A stretch of DNA of 64,000 bases from Candidatus Poribacteria bacterium (GTDB lineage Bacteria > Poribacteria > WGA-4E > WGA-3G), in assembly GCA_964291315.2 (NCBI GenBank), contig OZ219753.1, positions 928,001 to 992,000 on the forward strand. The letters run 5' to 3'. This document shows, piece after piece, positions 26,505 through 35,908 of this stretch. The notes beneath the pieces were generated by a model. The model was not told where the DNA came from. It saw only the letters and a program-made list of their open reading frames with translations, and made no database searches. The translations under genes were made by a program, and so were the position numbers. Every line of letters starts with the position of its first letter. Within the stretch, counting starts at the first letter, position 1.

Positions 26505-28925
26505 TTAATCTGCAGCATGTGTTGCCAAAAATTCAGGGTTAGAAGTTATATCGGCGGGATACCGAATTTTCCAAACCTTTATCTTGGCTGTTTCTACATT
26601 TTCTGTGGGGAACACGGAAACAAAAGCGTCGCTTGCCAATCCTCGAAAAAACAGTCGAACGGAGAGGTTGTTCCAACCGACCGGTGGTATATAGTAGGCC
26701 CTATGAAGCCGTGCTTGCTCATCAAAGTAGAGGACGGCGCCTCCCATCGAGACAGATTCAAGGTTTGCTTGCGTATCAAGCAGGTCAGGATTCAGCCTTG
26801 CTCGGTTTTGAGAGTCGACACGTCTGTTACCAACGAAGGCAGCATGAGGCATTTCAACCTGTGTTCCGTCTTTCAGGCGCGCGGTCACTGAAAGCGTTTT
26901 GTCAAGGTCGGTACTAAAGTTAAGGTCAATCGCTACAAAAGGCGTAGCATTTGTGGAGGCAAACAGACGGTATTTAGTACCTGCTGCATAATGTGCGTGT
27001 AAGTCTATCAGCTCAAACCTCCGATCAAAGTTAGCGTCGCTGCCAATAAACGAATACCCTCGGGCGTGTCGAACCAAGTCATTTTCGGTTAGCATCAAAT
27101 GCGTTGCACCATGCGTCTTAAGAAATGCCAACGCTTCTTTCTCGGATTGGGCGGAGAAAACGTGCCGGCAATAGAGATGTATCCAGTGTTGAATGAAGTG
27201 ATCTTGATCGATGACCGTCTTAACGCCGCCAAGGACGTTGAGCATGCTGCCGTATCCCCAATTCGCAGCGACCACGGTGGTGTCGTTAAGTTCTGCTTTT
27301 ATCCAACTTAATCCTTTCTCCAAGGTTGTGCCGCCGGGTACTACCTGTCTCAGGCCATTCGCTGCGTAGACACTTCTTTTGGCGTATCCGCCGCCCGGCA
27401 ACCAAAACAGAAGGGCAGCTAACATCGCAACGGCGGTGCCGCTTTTTAATACAGTCTGCGGAATCCTTAAGTTAATCTTTTTTCTCACAGTTTCTGATAT
27501 AACGCTCACAAATTCTATGGCAAAGAAAACAGTAGGCACCCCAATAAAGAAATCGTACCGTTTTGCGTCACGAGAGAGTGCTACCCAAAGTATGAACCAC
27601 GCTGCTAAAGCCACATAACAGAGCTCGTTTTTCACAGGGGCTTTTCGCCAGAGGGCAACTCCCAACGCAGCGCCTGCAACTAAAATCAGTGAGCAGAAAA
27701 AGAGAAGATCACACATCTCTGTACCGAAGAAGCTACGGAGCGGCTCCTGAAAGAACGTCGTCAAAACAAATAAACCGATTGGCAGAACTAAAACCGTGCC
27801 TTTTTGTTCCCACAGCCGCATGCTGGCGACCATCAAGCCGATGCTCCCGAGTAACCAGACCCCTCCGAACCGAAACATCCAATAATCGTAATGCGGTGTC
27901 CTTAACTCTGTAACCGTCTGCATTAACCGACTATCGCTAAACGGAACAGTGCTTAGATCAAACGTGTGTTGCTGACTGAGAAAATAGAGGCCTCCAATCA
28001 TAAGACTAAACAAGGTTAGCAAAAAGGCTATCAATCGCGCGTGAGAACGGAACCGGTTCAAAAACGCTTTTCTGGTTTCAAGCAGGGCCCTGATAGAATA
28101 CAACGCCAAAACCACTAAGGGAGGCATTAACATTAATGCTGTCAGATGCGTGGAAAATCCTTGAGTGCTTCGATAGGCGGGGGAGAAAAGAAATAGCCCT
28201 GGCACAAACATCAAAACCCATAACAGATACTCTCCTATAGGATTAGTTTCTTCTGAAGCGATAAACCGCCACACTTCTGCGCAAAGGATCACTAAGACGA
28301 AAACACCGAAACCTTCCCAAGCTAAACCACCTAGGAAAACAAAAAAGCCTGAAAGCGCTGCGAGGATAAAACGCGGCCTCCGGCGTTGGGTTTGTTCCTT
28401 TGCTAAATACGTAGTGACAGCAAGTACGCCCAACAGCCAACAAAAACTGTCTCGATCACTGAAACCGGCAGCACTGCGCTCCACCGCACTCGGCAAGGTT
28501 GCCAACAGCACTCCTACACTCATCGCAAAGGTATATCCATAAGCTCGGTTGAGAAAAAGACAGAGGGCTCCTAATCCAATTACGAAGCAAACCACGGGAG
28601 CAAAGAGCATGAAATCGTACAACGATAGCGTGGGGTAGAAAAGTGTCGTCAACTTGTGGGTATATGCAACCACATAAGGGTAGAGGTTCAACGTTTGTCC
28701 TAAATCTCTACCTATCGGTACCCATCGAGACATATCACGTTCGGGTAATTGTCCATGTTCAGATACAAGTTGTGCCTGCGAAAAATAGAGGTAGGCATCT
28801 GTCTCCGTGAACTGTCCAAATGGAATGTTATCGACCCCTTGGATGCGGATCCAGAAGGCAATAAATAGGATAACACACAAAATCCCCCATTTCCCAATCT
28901 CCGAAGCGAGCTGAATAGTTTTCAT
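26505..28925 (-). CDS. STT3/AglB/PglB-family oligosaccharyltransferase-like membrane protein
   Basis: TETDAY, DMSRWVPIGR, RSAAGFSDRD, AWEGF, TVTE, many TM helices, NWGYG at the WWDYG position, KTVIDQD. Confidence 0.85.
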   Translation of the reverse strand: MKTIQLASEIGKWGILCVILFIAFWIRIQGVDNIPFGQFTETDAYLYFSQAQLVSEHGQLPERDMSRWVPIGRDLGQTLNLYPYVVAYTHKLTTLFYPTLSLYDFMLFAPVVCFVIGLGALCLFLNRAYGYTFAMSVGVLLATLPSAVERSAAGFSDRDSFCWLLGVLAVTTYLAKEQTQRRRPRFILAALSGFFVFLGGLAWEGFGVFVLVILCAEVWRFIASEETNPIGEYLLWVLMFVPGLFLFSPAYRSTQGFSTHLTALMLMPPLVVLALYSIRALLETRKAFLNRFRSHARLIAFLLTLFSLMIGGLYFLSQQHTFDLSTVPFSDSRLMQTVTELRTPHYDYWMFRFGGVWLLGSIGLMVASMRLWEQKGTVLVLPIGLFVLTTFFQEPLRSFFGTEMCDLLFFCSLILVAGAALGVALWRKAPVKNELCYVALAAWFILWVALSRDAKRYDFFIGVPTVFFAIEFVSVISETVRKKINLRIPQTVLKSGTAVAMLAALLFWLPGGGYAKRSVYAANGLRQVVPGGTTLEKGLSWIKAELNDTTVVAANWGYGSMLNVLGGVKTVIDQDHFIQHWIHLYCRHVFSAQSEKEALAFLKTHGATHLMLTENDLVRHARGYSFIGSDANFDRRFELIDLHAHYAAGTKYRLFASTNATPFVAIDLNFSTDLDKTLSVTARLKDGTQVEMPHAAFVGNRRVDSQNRARLNPDLLDTQANLESVSMGGAVLYFDEQARLHRAYYIPPVGWNNLSVRLFFRGLASDAFVSVFPTENVETAKIKVWKIRYPADITSNPEFLATHAAD

Positions 28926-29083
28926 GTTTAAGCCTCCGCATTCTATAGGAACGTTTAGAATGAATTAGATGAGAAAAAATGCCTCTCTGTTTTTAGGTTT
29001 CACTATAAACAGTGTCTAAAGTTGGCACCCCAGCAAACCGCTGCGATGCCAACCCGTACAGCAACGTTTGAAATCCCCGCGTA

Positions 29084-29923
29084 TCACTCATCGGCGTCTT
29101 CTAGGACCTCATCGCTAAATGCAGCTTCTATCACCGCGGGGTCTTTTGTCGGGTCCTGGAGCAAGAGCTGTTTGAATTCCATCGCCGCTTGTGGGTCCAG
29201 TCTCTTGAAGATGCGCATAGCCTCTACCTCGCCAAACTCCTCTAAGAGCGGCTGAAGTATCGCCTTAAAACGCGGACTCGGATCAACAGGTTTCACAATA
29301 GGCCCAAACGTCGGGTTATACGGCCGCCCCGAAGCCTTTATCTCCTCCAGAGACTCAATAGTTCTCTGAGTGTCCGGATGGGGCCAGAGTTCATTTGTTG
29401 CCCTTACGTGTGCGAGAGCTTCGTCAATAGTTTCAGGTATCTCCGCCATCATTTTGTATGTACCGACAGCAATCGCCTCGGCGAGTTCCTCAATCCCTGG
29501 TACATCGCTGAACTGTTTAATGAGCTGCGCGCGCTTATATTCCGCATAGAGAGCTGGATCGGTCGTCTCATACCATCTGGAAGGCGGATACGGCTCGCCT
29601 TCCTCGTCCGCTGCCGCTTCCTCGTCCTCTTTGAAGATCAGTGCTGTCCAGGGATCAACGTCTCCGTGGGTGTGTGCAGCACCATCATCGTGCAACCAAG
29701 AAGCCTCGGGTGACTTCTTAGAATCCGCTGCACCCGTCTGGGAGCCCTCATCGCCTGTGTGTGATGCCTCAGCCGGCAGCGTGTTGTGATCATGCCGCTC
29801 CACTGTCTGCGGTGCCGCGATACGGCCGCTAAACTGGCGCTTGTCAACCTGCAGGTAAACCGCTAAACCAACGCAAAATACCAAAACCGCAACCGAGGCT
29901 ATTCGTAAAACTCGCAGTATCAT
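29084..29923 (-). CDS. Array partner protein A1 (membrane-anchored, acidic)
   Basis: MILRVLRIASVAVLVFCVGLAVYLQVD anchor; paralog of A2-A4. Confidence 0.85.
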   Translation of the reverse strand: MILRVLRIASVAVLVFCVGLAVYLQVDKRQFSGRIAAPQTVERHDHNTLPAEASHTGDEGSQTGAADSKKSPEASWLHDDGAAHTHGDVDPWTALIFKEDEEAAADEEGEPYPPSRWYETTDPALYAEYKRAQLIKQFSDVPGIEELAEAIAVGTYKMMAEIPETIDEALAHVRATNELWPHPDTQRTIESLEEIKASGRPYNPTFGPIVKPVDPSPRFKAILQPLLEEFGEVEAMRIFKRLDPQAAMEFKQLLLQDPTKDPAVIEAAFSDEVLEDADE

Positions 29924-30124
29924 CTTTTCCCCTTCTTCTTTCCGTCCGTTGTTAGAGTTGGCACCCCAATAAACCACTGAGATGCCAACGATCTATTCTT
30001 TCATTACGCGCGGAATGATGGGCTCATGTAAAGGTGTGTGCTATTCCTCTAAACACATCAATAAGCACTCGGAGGATTTTCCGCTTGCACGTATCTTGAC
30101 ATGAGCCAATTCCGCTACCAGAGG

Positions 30125-30430
30125 CTACCACGGAGCGCAGCAGCCACTGCAGGACGTCACACGGTCAGTAGTCTCTCTGTCCCGATTAACATAGTACGTA
30201 TCGTGGTCGCTGTGAAAAAACACTCTGTGGTACCATGGCTCATCGGTATCCGAGTAGGGTCTCGATATGTCAATACATGTCTGGCCGCCGTCCTGGGTAC
30301 ACTTATAATACTCCGTACCGCTCCAGACTCTTCTTGGACCTGCCTCGGTTTTCCCCGGGAGGGTCATGATAGCTACCGGTGCTGCTATCATGACGAGGAG
30401 GATAAAGAGCGCGAAACTTTGCCTTAACAT
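30125..30430 (-). CDS. Secreted Cys/His mini-protein P1
   Basis: AAGGAG RBS, signal peptide ending TEA, ends SCSGCCAPW; paralog of P2. Confidence 0.85.
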   Translation of the reverse strand: MLRQSFALFILLVMIAAPVAIMTLPGKTEAGPRRVWSGTEYYKCTQDGGQTCIDISRPYSDTDEPWYHRVFFHSDHDTYYVNRDRETTDRVTSCSGCCAPW

Positions 30431-30784
30431 TTTCTATCTCCTTTTTTAGGTTGTGTGAAGAGGAAGGTTATGTGAGATCCGCTGATACATCCGTTGTATC
30501 AATCTGTCCTCAGAAAACTTCCTTCCACTTGCCTATATTATTCGCCAACGTCATTTCTGGCGATCTTCACTATATACTACCACAACTATATATTAATTAT
30601 CAACAGAAAAAGTTAACAGTAAGATCATTTTTTGCAGTTTTTCTCAAAAATTCGCTCAATCCCGCAATTTAACTCGGAACTTACCCAAAAACGCAACTGC
30701 ACAACCTTGTTTTCAATGGAGGCATGCACACCGAAAAGAGTTGGTTGCACATCACACGATCTTTCGCATGCGTGCGTTGTTAAA
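30431..30784 (-). promoter_or_regulatory. Duplicated promoter/leader block upstream of P1 (copies 33089-33429 and, diverged, 34548-34760)
   Basis: Near-identical ~340-350 bp non-coding block with an AT-rich promoter-like segment and a long leader hairpin. Confidence 0.75.
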
Positions 30785-30853
30785 ATTGGCACCCCAGCAA
30801 ACCACTGAGATGCCAACGATCTATTACTTGCATATCAACTGAACCCCCGCGTA

Positions 30854-31651
30854 TCACTCATCATCACTAAATAGCGCCTCTGTCTCCGCCGGGTCTCTTG
30901 TCGGGTCCTGGTGCAAGATCCGCTTGAATTCCATCGCCCCTTGTGGATCTAGCATCTTGTAGATGCGTATGGCCTCTACAAAGCCAAATTCCTCTACAAG
31001 CGGTCTAACGATCGGCTCAAAACGCGCACCCTCATCAACCTGCTCCACAATAGGACCAAACGACGGTTCCCCCGAACCCTCTACCCAATCCACATACACA
31101 GTAGTTCTCCGAGTGTCCGAATTCGGTAAAATCTCGCTTGATGCCCTTACGTGTACCGTAATTTCAGGATTCTCCGTCATTATGTTGTATGTCTGGGCAG
31201 CAATTTTCTCAGCGAGCTCCTCAATCCCCGGGACATGGCTGAACTGTTCAATCAATAAGGAGCGATAATATTCAGCAAATAGGGCAGGATCACTCATATC
31301 ACTCCATTCTGGAGACGAATACGGCTCGCCTTCCTCATCTGCTGCCTCCTCGTCCTCTGTGAAGATTAGTGAAGTCGACGGATCAACGTCTCCGTGGGTA
31401 TGCACAGAGCTATCATCGTGCAACCAGGATGCCTCGGGCGACTGCTTAGAATCCGCTGCACCCATCTGGGAGCCCTCATCGCCTGTGTGCGATGCCTCAG
31501 CTGGCGGTGTGTCGTGATCATGTTGCTCTGCTGGCGGTGGTGCTGGGAGCCTGCTGCTAAACTGGTGCTTGTCAACCTGCAGGTAGACGGCTAAACCAAC
31601 GCAAAACACCAAAACGGCAACCGAGGCAATTCGCAAAACTCGCAGTATCAT
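30854..31651 (-). CDS. Array partner protein A2
   Basis: Paralog of A1/A3 with a divergent central segment. Confidence 0.85.
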   Translation of the reverse strand: MILRVLRIASVAVLVFCVGLAVYLQVDKHQFSSRLPAPPPAEQHDHDTPPAEASHTGDEGSQMGAADSKQSPEASWLHDDSSVHTHGDVDPSTSLIFTEDEEAADEEGEPYSSPEWSDMSDPALFAEYYRSLLIEQFSHVPGIEELAEKIAAQTYNIMTENPEITVHVRASSEILPNSDTRRTTVYVDWVEGSGEPSFGPIVEQVDEGARFEPIVRPLVEEFGFVEAIRIYKMLDPQGAMEFKRILHQDPTRDPAETEALFSDDE

Positions 31652-31762
31652 CTTATCTTCTCCTTCTTTTTTTCGCATGCGTCCGTTGTTAAAGTTGGCA
31701 CCCCAGCAAACCACTGAGATGCCAACGATCTATTACTTGCATATCAACTGAACCCTCGCGTA

Positions 31763-32584
31763 TCACTCATCATCACTAAATAGCGCCTCTGTCTCCGCCG
31801 GGTCTCTTGTTGGGTCCTGGTGCAAGATCCGCTTGAATTCCATCGCTCCTTCTGGATCCAGTCTTTTGAAGATGCGTATAGCCTCTACAAAGCCAAATTC
31901 CCCTATGAGCGGCTGAAGGATCGGCTTAAAGCGAGCCCCCTCATCAACCGGCTTGACAATAGGCCCATACGTGGGTTTATACGGCCGCCCCGAAGCCTTT
32001 ATCTCCTCCAGATATTCAATAGTTCTCTGAGTGTCCACATCCGGAAAGAGTGCGTTTGATGCCCTTACGTGTGCGAGAGCTTCGTCAATAGTTTGAGGTA
32101 TCTCTGCCATCATTTTGTATGTGCCGACAGCAATCGCCTCGGCGAGTTCCTCAATCCCCGGAACATCGCTGAACTGTTTAATCAGGGAGACACGGTTATA
32201 TTCCGCATAGAGAGCTGGATCGGTCGTCTCATACCATCTGGGAGGCGGATACGGCTCGCCTTCCTCGTCCGCTGCCGCTTCCTCGTCCTCTTTGAAGATC
32301 AGTGCTGTCCAGGGATCAACGTCTCCGTGGGTGTGTGGAGCGCCATCATCGTGCAACCAGGATGCCTCGGGCGGTTTCTTTGGATCAGTTACACCTGTCT
32401 GGGAGTCCTCCTCGCCTGTGTGTGATGCCTCGGCTGGCGGTGTGTCGTGATCATGTTGGTCTGCTGGCGGTGGTGCTGGGAGCCTGCTGCTAAACTGGTG
32501 CTTGTCAACCTGCAGGTAGACCGCTAAACCAACGCAAAATGCCAAAACGGCAACCGAGGCAATTCGCAAAACTCGCAGTATCAT
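31763..32584 (-). CDS. Array partner protein A3
   Basis: Paralog of A1/A2; AAGGAGG RBS. Confidence 0.85.
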   Translation of the reverse strand: MILRVLRIASVAVLAFCVGLAVYLQVDKHQFSSRLPAPPPADQHDHDTPPAEASHTGEEDSQTGVTDPKKPPEASWLHDDGAPHTHGDVDPWTALIFKEDEEAAADEEGEPYPPPRWYETTDPALYAEYNRVSLIKQFSDVPGIEELAEAIAVGTYKMMAEIPQTIDEALAHVRASNALFPDVDTQRTIEYLEEIKASGRPYKPTYGPIVKPVDEGARFKPILQPLIGEFGFVEAIRIFKRLDPEGAMEFKRILHQDPTRDPAETEALFSDDE

Positions 32585-32785
32585 CTTTTCCCCTCCTTCT
32601 TTCCGTGCGTTGTTAAAGTTGGCACCCCAATAAACCGCTGAGATGCCAACCACCTATTCCTCACATTACATACGGAATGGGCTCATGTAAAGTATGTGTT
32701 ATTTCTCTAAACACATCAATAAGCACTCGGAGAACATTTACTACTTGCACATGTTCTTGACACGAGCCACTCTCGCTCCGAGAGA

Positions 32786-33088
32786 CTACCACGGAGCGCA
32801 GCAGCCGCTGCAAGACGTCACGATGTCAGTAGTACGGTTGTCGCGATAAACATAGTTCGTCTCGTGAGGTCTGTGAGACTCTCTGTGGTTCGAGGGCTCA
32901 TAACTCTCCGAGTAGTATCTCCATTTATCAACACAGGTCTTGCCATCGTCCCTGACACACTTATAGTACTCCTTACCGCTCCAGACCGTTATTGGACCCG
33001 CCTCGGTTTTCCCCGGGAGAGTCATGATAACTACCGGTGCTGCTATCATGACGAGGAGGGTCAAGAGTGCCAAACTTCGCGTTAACAT
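32786..33088 (-). CDS. Secreted Cys/His mini-protein P2
   Basis: Paralog of P1 with the same Cys scaffold. Confidence 0.85.
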   Translation of the reverse strand: MLTRSLALLTLLVMIAAPVVIMTLPGKTEAGPITVWSGKEYYKCVRDDGKTCVDKWRYYSESYEPSNHRESHRPHETNYVYRDNRTTDIVTSCSGCCAPW

Positions 33089-33491
33089 TTTTTTGCTCCT
33101 TTTATAGTGTGTGAGGAGGAAGGTTATGTGAGATCCGCTGATACATCCGCTGTATCAATCCGCCCTCAGAAAACTTCCTTCCACTCGTCTATATTATTCG
33201 CCACCGTCATTTCTGGCGATCTTCACTATATATATTACCTCTCGGCAGAAAAAGTTAAGGGTAAGATCGCATTTTTTTGCAGTTTTTCTCAAAAATTCGC
33301 TCAATTCCGCAATTTAACTCGGAACTTACCCGAAAACGCAACTGCACAACCTTGTTTTCAATGGAGGCATGCACACCGAAAAGAGTTGGTTGCACATCAC
33401 ACGATCTTTGGCATGCGTCCGTTGTTAAAGTTGGCACCCCAATAAACCACTGAGATGCCAACCTGTAGACAAACCTTTGAAACCGCGCGTA

Positions 33492-34547
33492 TCACTCGTC
33501 GGGGTCTTCTAGGACCTCATCGCTAAATATAGCCTCTATCTCTGCGGGGTCTTTTGTCGGGTCCTGGAGCAGGAGCTGTTTGAGTTCCATCGCCCCTTGC
33601 GGGTCCAGTCTTTTGAAGATGCGTATAGCCTCTGCCTCGCCAAATGCTTCTACAAGCGGTTGAAGAATCAGTGCAAAACGTTCATCTTCACCAATTTTTG
33701 AGGTATAGGGCTCCTTGGAATCTGTTATGCGCTCTAGATACTCAAGCGTTCTCTGGGTGTCCGCATCGGGAAAGAGCTCGTTTGTTGCCCTTATGTGTGC
33801 GACCGCTTCGTCGAGGGTCATGGGTATGTCTGCGCGCGTTTTATATGTGCCGACAGCAATCGCCTCGGCGAGTTGCTCAATCCCTGGCACATCATTGAAC
33901 TGTTTAATCAGGGAGACACGCTTATATTCGGCATAGAGGGCGGGATGACTCGTCTCATGCCACCCTGGCGGTGGATCCGGCCTTGCGGACTCGCCCTCTG
34001 CGCCGGCAATATCTACGGTTTCATCGCTAAATATAGCTTCTATCACTGCCGGGTCTTTTGTCGGGTCCTGGAGCAAGAGTCGTTTTATTTCCATCGCCGC
34101 TTGCGGGTCCAGTCTCTTGAAGATGCGCATAGCCTCTACTTCGCCAAACTCCTCTAAGAGCGGTTGAAGAATCAGTGCAAAACGTTCATCTTCACCAATT
34201 TTTGAGGTATAGGGCTCCTTGGAATCTGTTATGCGCTCTAGATACTCAAGCGTTCTCTGGGTGTCCGCATCGGGAAAGAGCTCGTTTGTTGCCCTTATGT
34301 GTGCGACCGCTTCGTCGAGGGTCATGGGTATGTCTGCGCGCGTTTTGTATGTGCCGACAGCAATCGCCTCGGCGAGTTCCTCAATCCCTGGCACATCATT
34401 GAACTGTTCGATCAGGGAGACACGCTTATATTCGGCATAGAGGGCGGGATGACTCGTCTCATGCCCCCCTGGCGGAAGAGACTGGACAGCTGCTGGTGCT
34501 GCTATCATGACGAGGAAGGTGAGGAGTGCTAAACTTTGCCTTAACAT
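33492..34547 (-). CDS. Chimeric array protein A4: P-type signal peptide + two tandem A-type domains
   Basis: MLRQSLALLTFLVMIAAP followed by an internal duplication with 504-bp period. Confidence 0.85.
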   Translation of the reverse strand: MLRQSLALLTFLVMIAAPAAVQSLPPGGHETSHPALYAEYKRVSLIEQFNDVPGIEELAEAIAVGTYKTRADIPMTLDEAVAHIRATNELFPDADTQRTLEYLERITDSKEPYTSKIGEDERFALILQPLLEEFGEVEAMRIFKRLDPQAAMEIKRLLLQDPTKDPAVIEAIFSDETVDIAGAEGESARPDPPPGWHETSHPALYAEYKRVSLIKQFNDVPGIEQLAEAIAVGTYKTRADIPMTLDEAVAHIRATNELFPDADTQRTLEYLERITDSKEPYTSKIGEDERFALILQPLVEAFGEAEAIRIFKRLDPQGAMELKQLLLQDPTKDPAEIEAIFSDEVLEDPDE

Positions 34548-34993
34548 TTTTTTGCTCCTTTTATAATAGTGTGTGAAGAGGAAGGTTATGTGAGATCCGC
34601 TATATCCGTTCGTTCTCAGGGAACTTCCTTTCACTTTCTTATATTATTCGCTAATGCCATTTCTACAGAAAAGTTAGTAGTAGGGTTGCCATTTTCAAAA
34701 ATTCGCTCAATTCCGAAATGTAGTTCGGAATTTATCCAAAACTTAACGTCACAACTGTCCGTTAAATTGAGTGACGTATTCTGTTTCTATAATAGAGACA
34801 TGCCCACTGAAAAAAGTTAGTCACAAATCACATTTTTTTGATATAATGCAAGGAAGTCCGTTCAATTCGGCTCAAACAGATTCTGGAAAATATGGAGAAG
34901 AACGGTTTTATCCGTTGGCAGTGACAAGATCACAACGACGTGTGGATGGATTAAGACACCTGTCCTGCGTTAACAACTCGGAGGGGATAACAC

Positions 34994-35845
34994 ATGGACG
35001 CAAGCTGGTTAGACTATTGTGCAACTGCAGAGCAGCTCACAACATTTAACGACACCGGGTATCTCATTGTTGAGGATGCTATTAGTGCTGAGATGACAGA
35101 TGGCTTAGAGGCAGTTGCAGACCGAATTGATGCCGAAGAACGCGCCAAAACAGGGATAGAACCACACACATTACTATCCAAGTTTCGCGCTGTCTCTGAA
35201 GACGACTTGCTATTGGAGCTGCTCGACACTAAGAAGGTGTTTCCGCTACTTTGGGACATCCTGGGTTGGAACATCCAACTCTATATCTCACATCTCATCA
35301 TGTACCCGCCGGAGCCTCCGGATACGCCTCGCGTTAGCAGAGCGGCGCATTGGCATCAAGACGGCGGTAGACCTGTTCCGGAAATGGAGCGTCCACATCC
35401 GCGTCTTTCATTGAAGGTGAGCTATTGGCTAAGCGATGTGGTCGACCGCGACAACGGTGCAATGCGTCTTATTCCCGGGAGCCATACGCTCGATACACGC
35501 CCGCCCAACAGTGAAAACGATCCTGATGGAGATCCAGAAGGAGCAATGGATCTGCTCGTCAAACGCGGCACTGCTGTCCTCTTCGATAGACGGATGTGGC
35601 ATTCACGCGGTTGGAATTTCTCTGATGTAACGCGAAAAGTACTCTTCATGGGATATAGTTACCGTTGGCTGCGGGGTCTAGATTACAATCTCATGCCGTC
35701 GGCGCTTCTTGAAAAATGTAGTCCGATTCGACGGCAATTGTTAGGCGATGGTGTGGATATTAAAGGCTGGTGGCAACCTACGGACGCTGACGTGCCCTTA
35801 AAGACATGGATCGCAGAACATCGCGGCACAGAGCATTTACGCTAG
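34994..35845 (+). CDS. Phytanoyl-CoA dioxygenase (PhyH) family protein
   Basis: GYLIVEDAI, WHQD, IPGSH, WH; GGAGG RBS. Confidence 0.9.
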   Translation: MDASWLDYCATAEQLTTFNDTGYLIVEDAISAEMTDGLEAVADRIDAEERAKTGIEPHTLLSKFRAVSEDDLLLELLDTKKVFPLLWDILGWNIQLYISHLIMYPPEPPDTPRVSRAAHWHQDGGRPVPEMERPHPRLSLKVSYWLSDVVDRDNGAMRLIPGSHTLDTRPPNSENDPDGDPEGAMDLLVKRGTAVLFDRRMWHSRGWNFSDVTRKVLFMGYSYRWLRGLDYNLMPSALLEKCSPIRRQLLGDGVDIKGWWQPTDADVPLKTWIAEHRGTEHLR

Positions 35846-35908
35846 ACAACTTCCAATCAGAAAGAACCGTCATGCCAAAATATCCGCCACCGCATCTGTA
35901 TTGTGTTG

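Larger units (their letters stand above)
29021..33462. repeat. Six copies of a 33-bp hairpin repeat GTTGGCACCCCA(GC/AT)AAACC(A/G)CTG(A/C)GATGCCAAC separating array genes
   Basis: Copies at 29021-29053, 29957-29989, 30785-30817 (begins ATTGGCA), 31694-31726, 32618-32650 and 33430-33462. Confidence 0.95.

Noticed and set aside
29021-33462. CRISPR array
   Set aside because: The intervals are 0.8-0.9 kb paralogous genes, not short unique spacers, and no cas genes are present.
29021-33462. Integron attC cassette array
   Set aside because: The repeat runs GTT...AAC, the reverse of attC (RYYYAAC...GTTRRRY), is only 33 bp, and no integrase is in the window.
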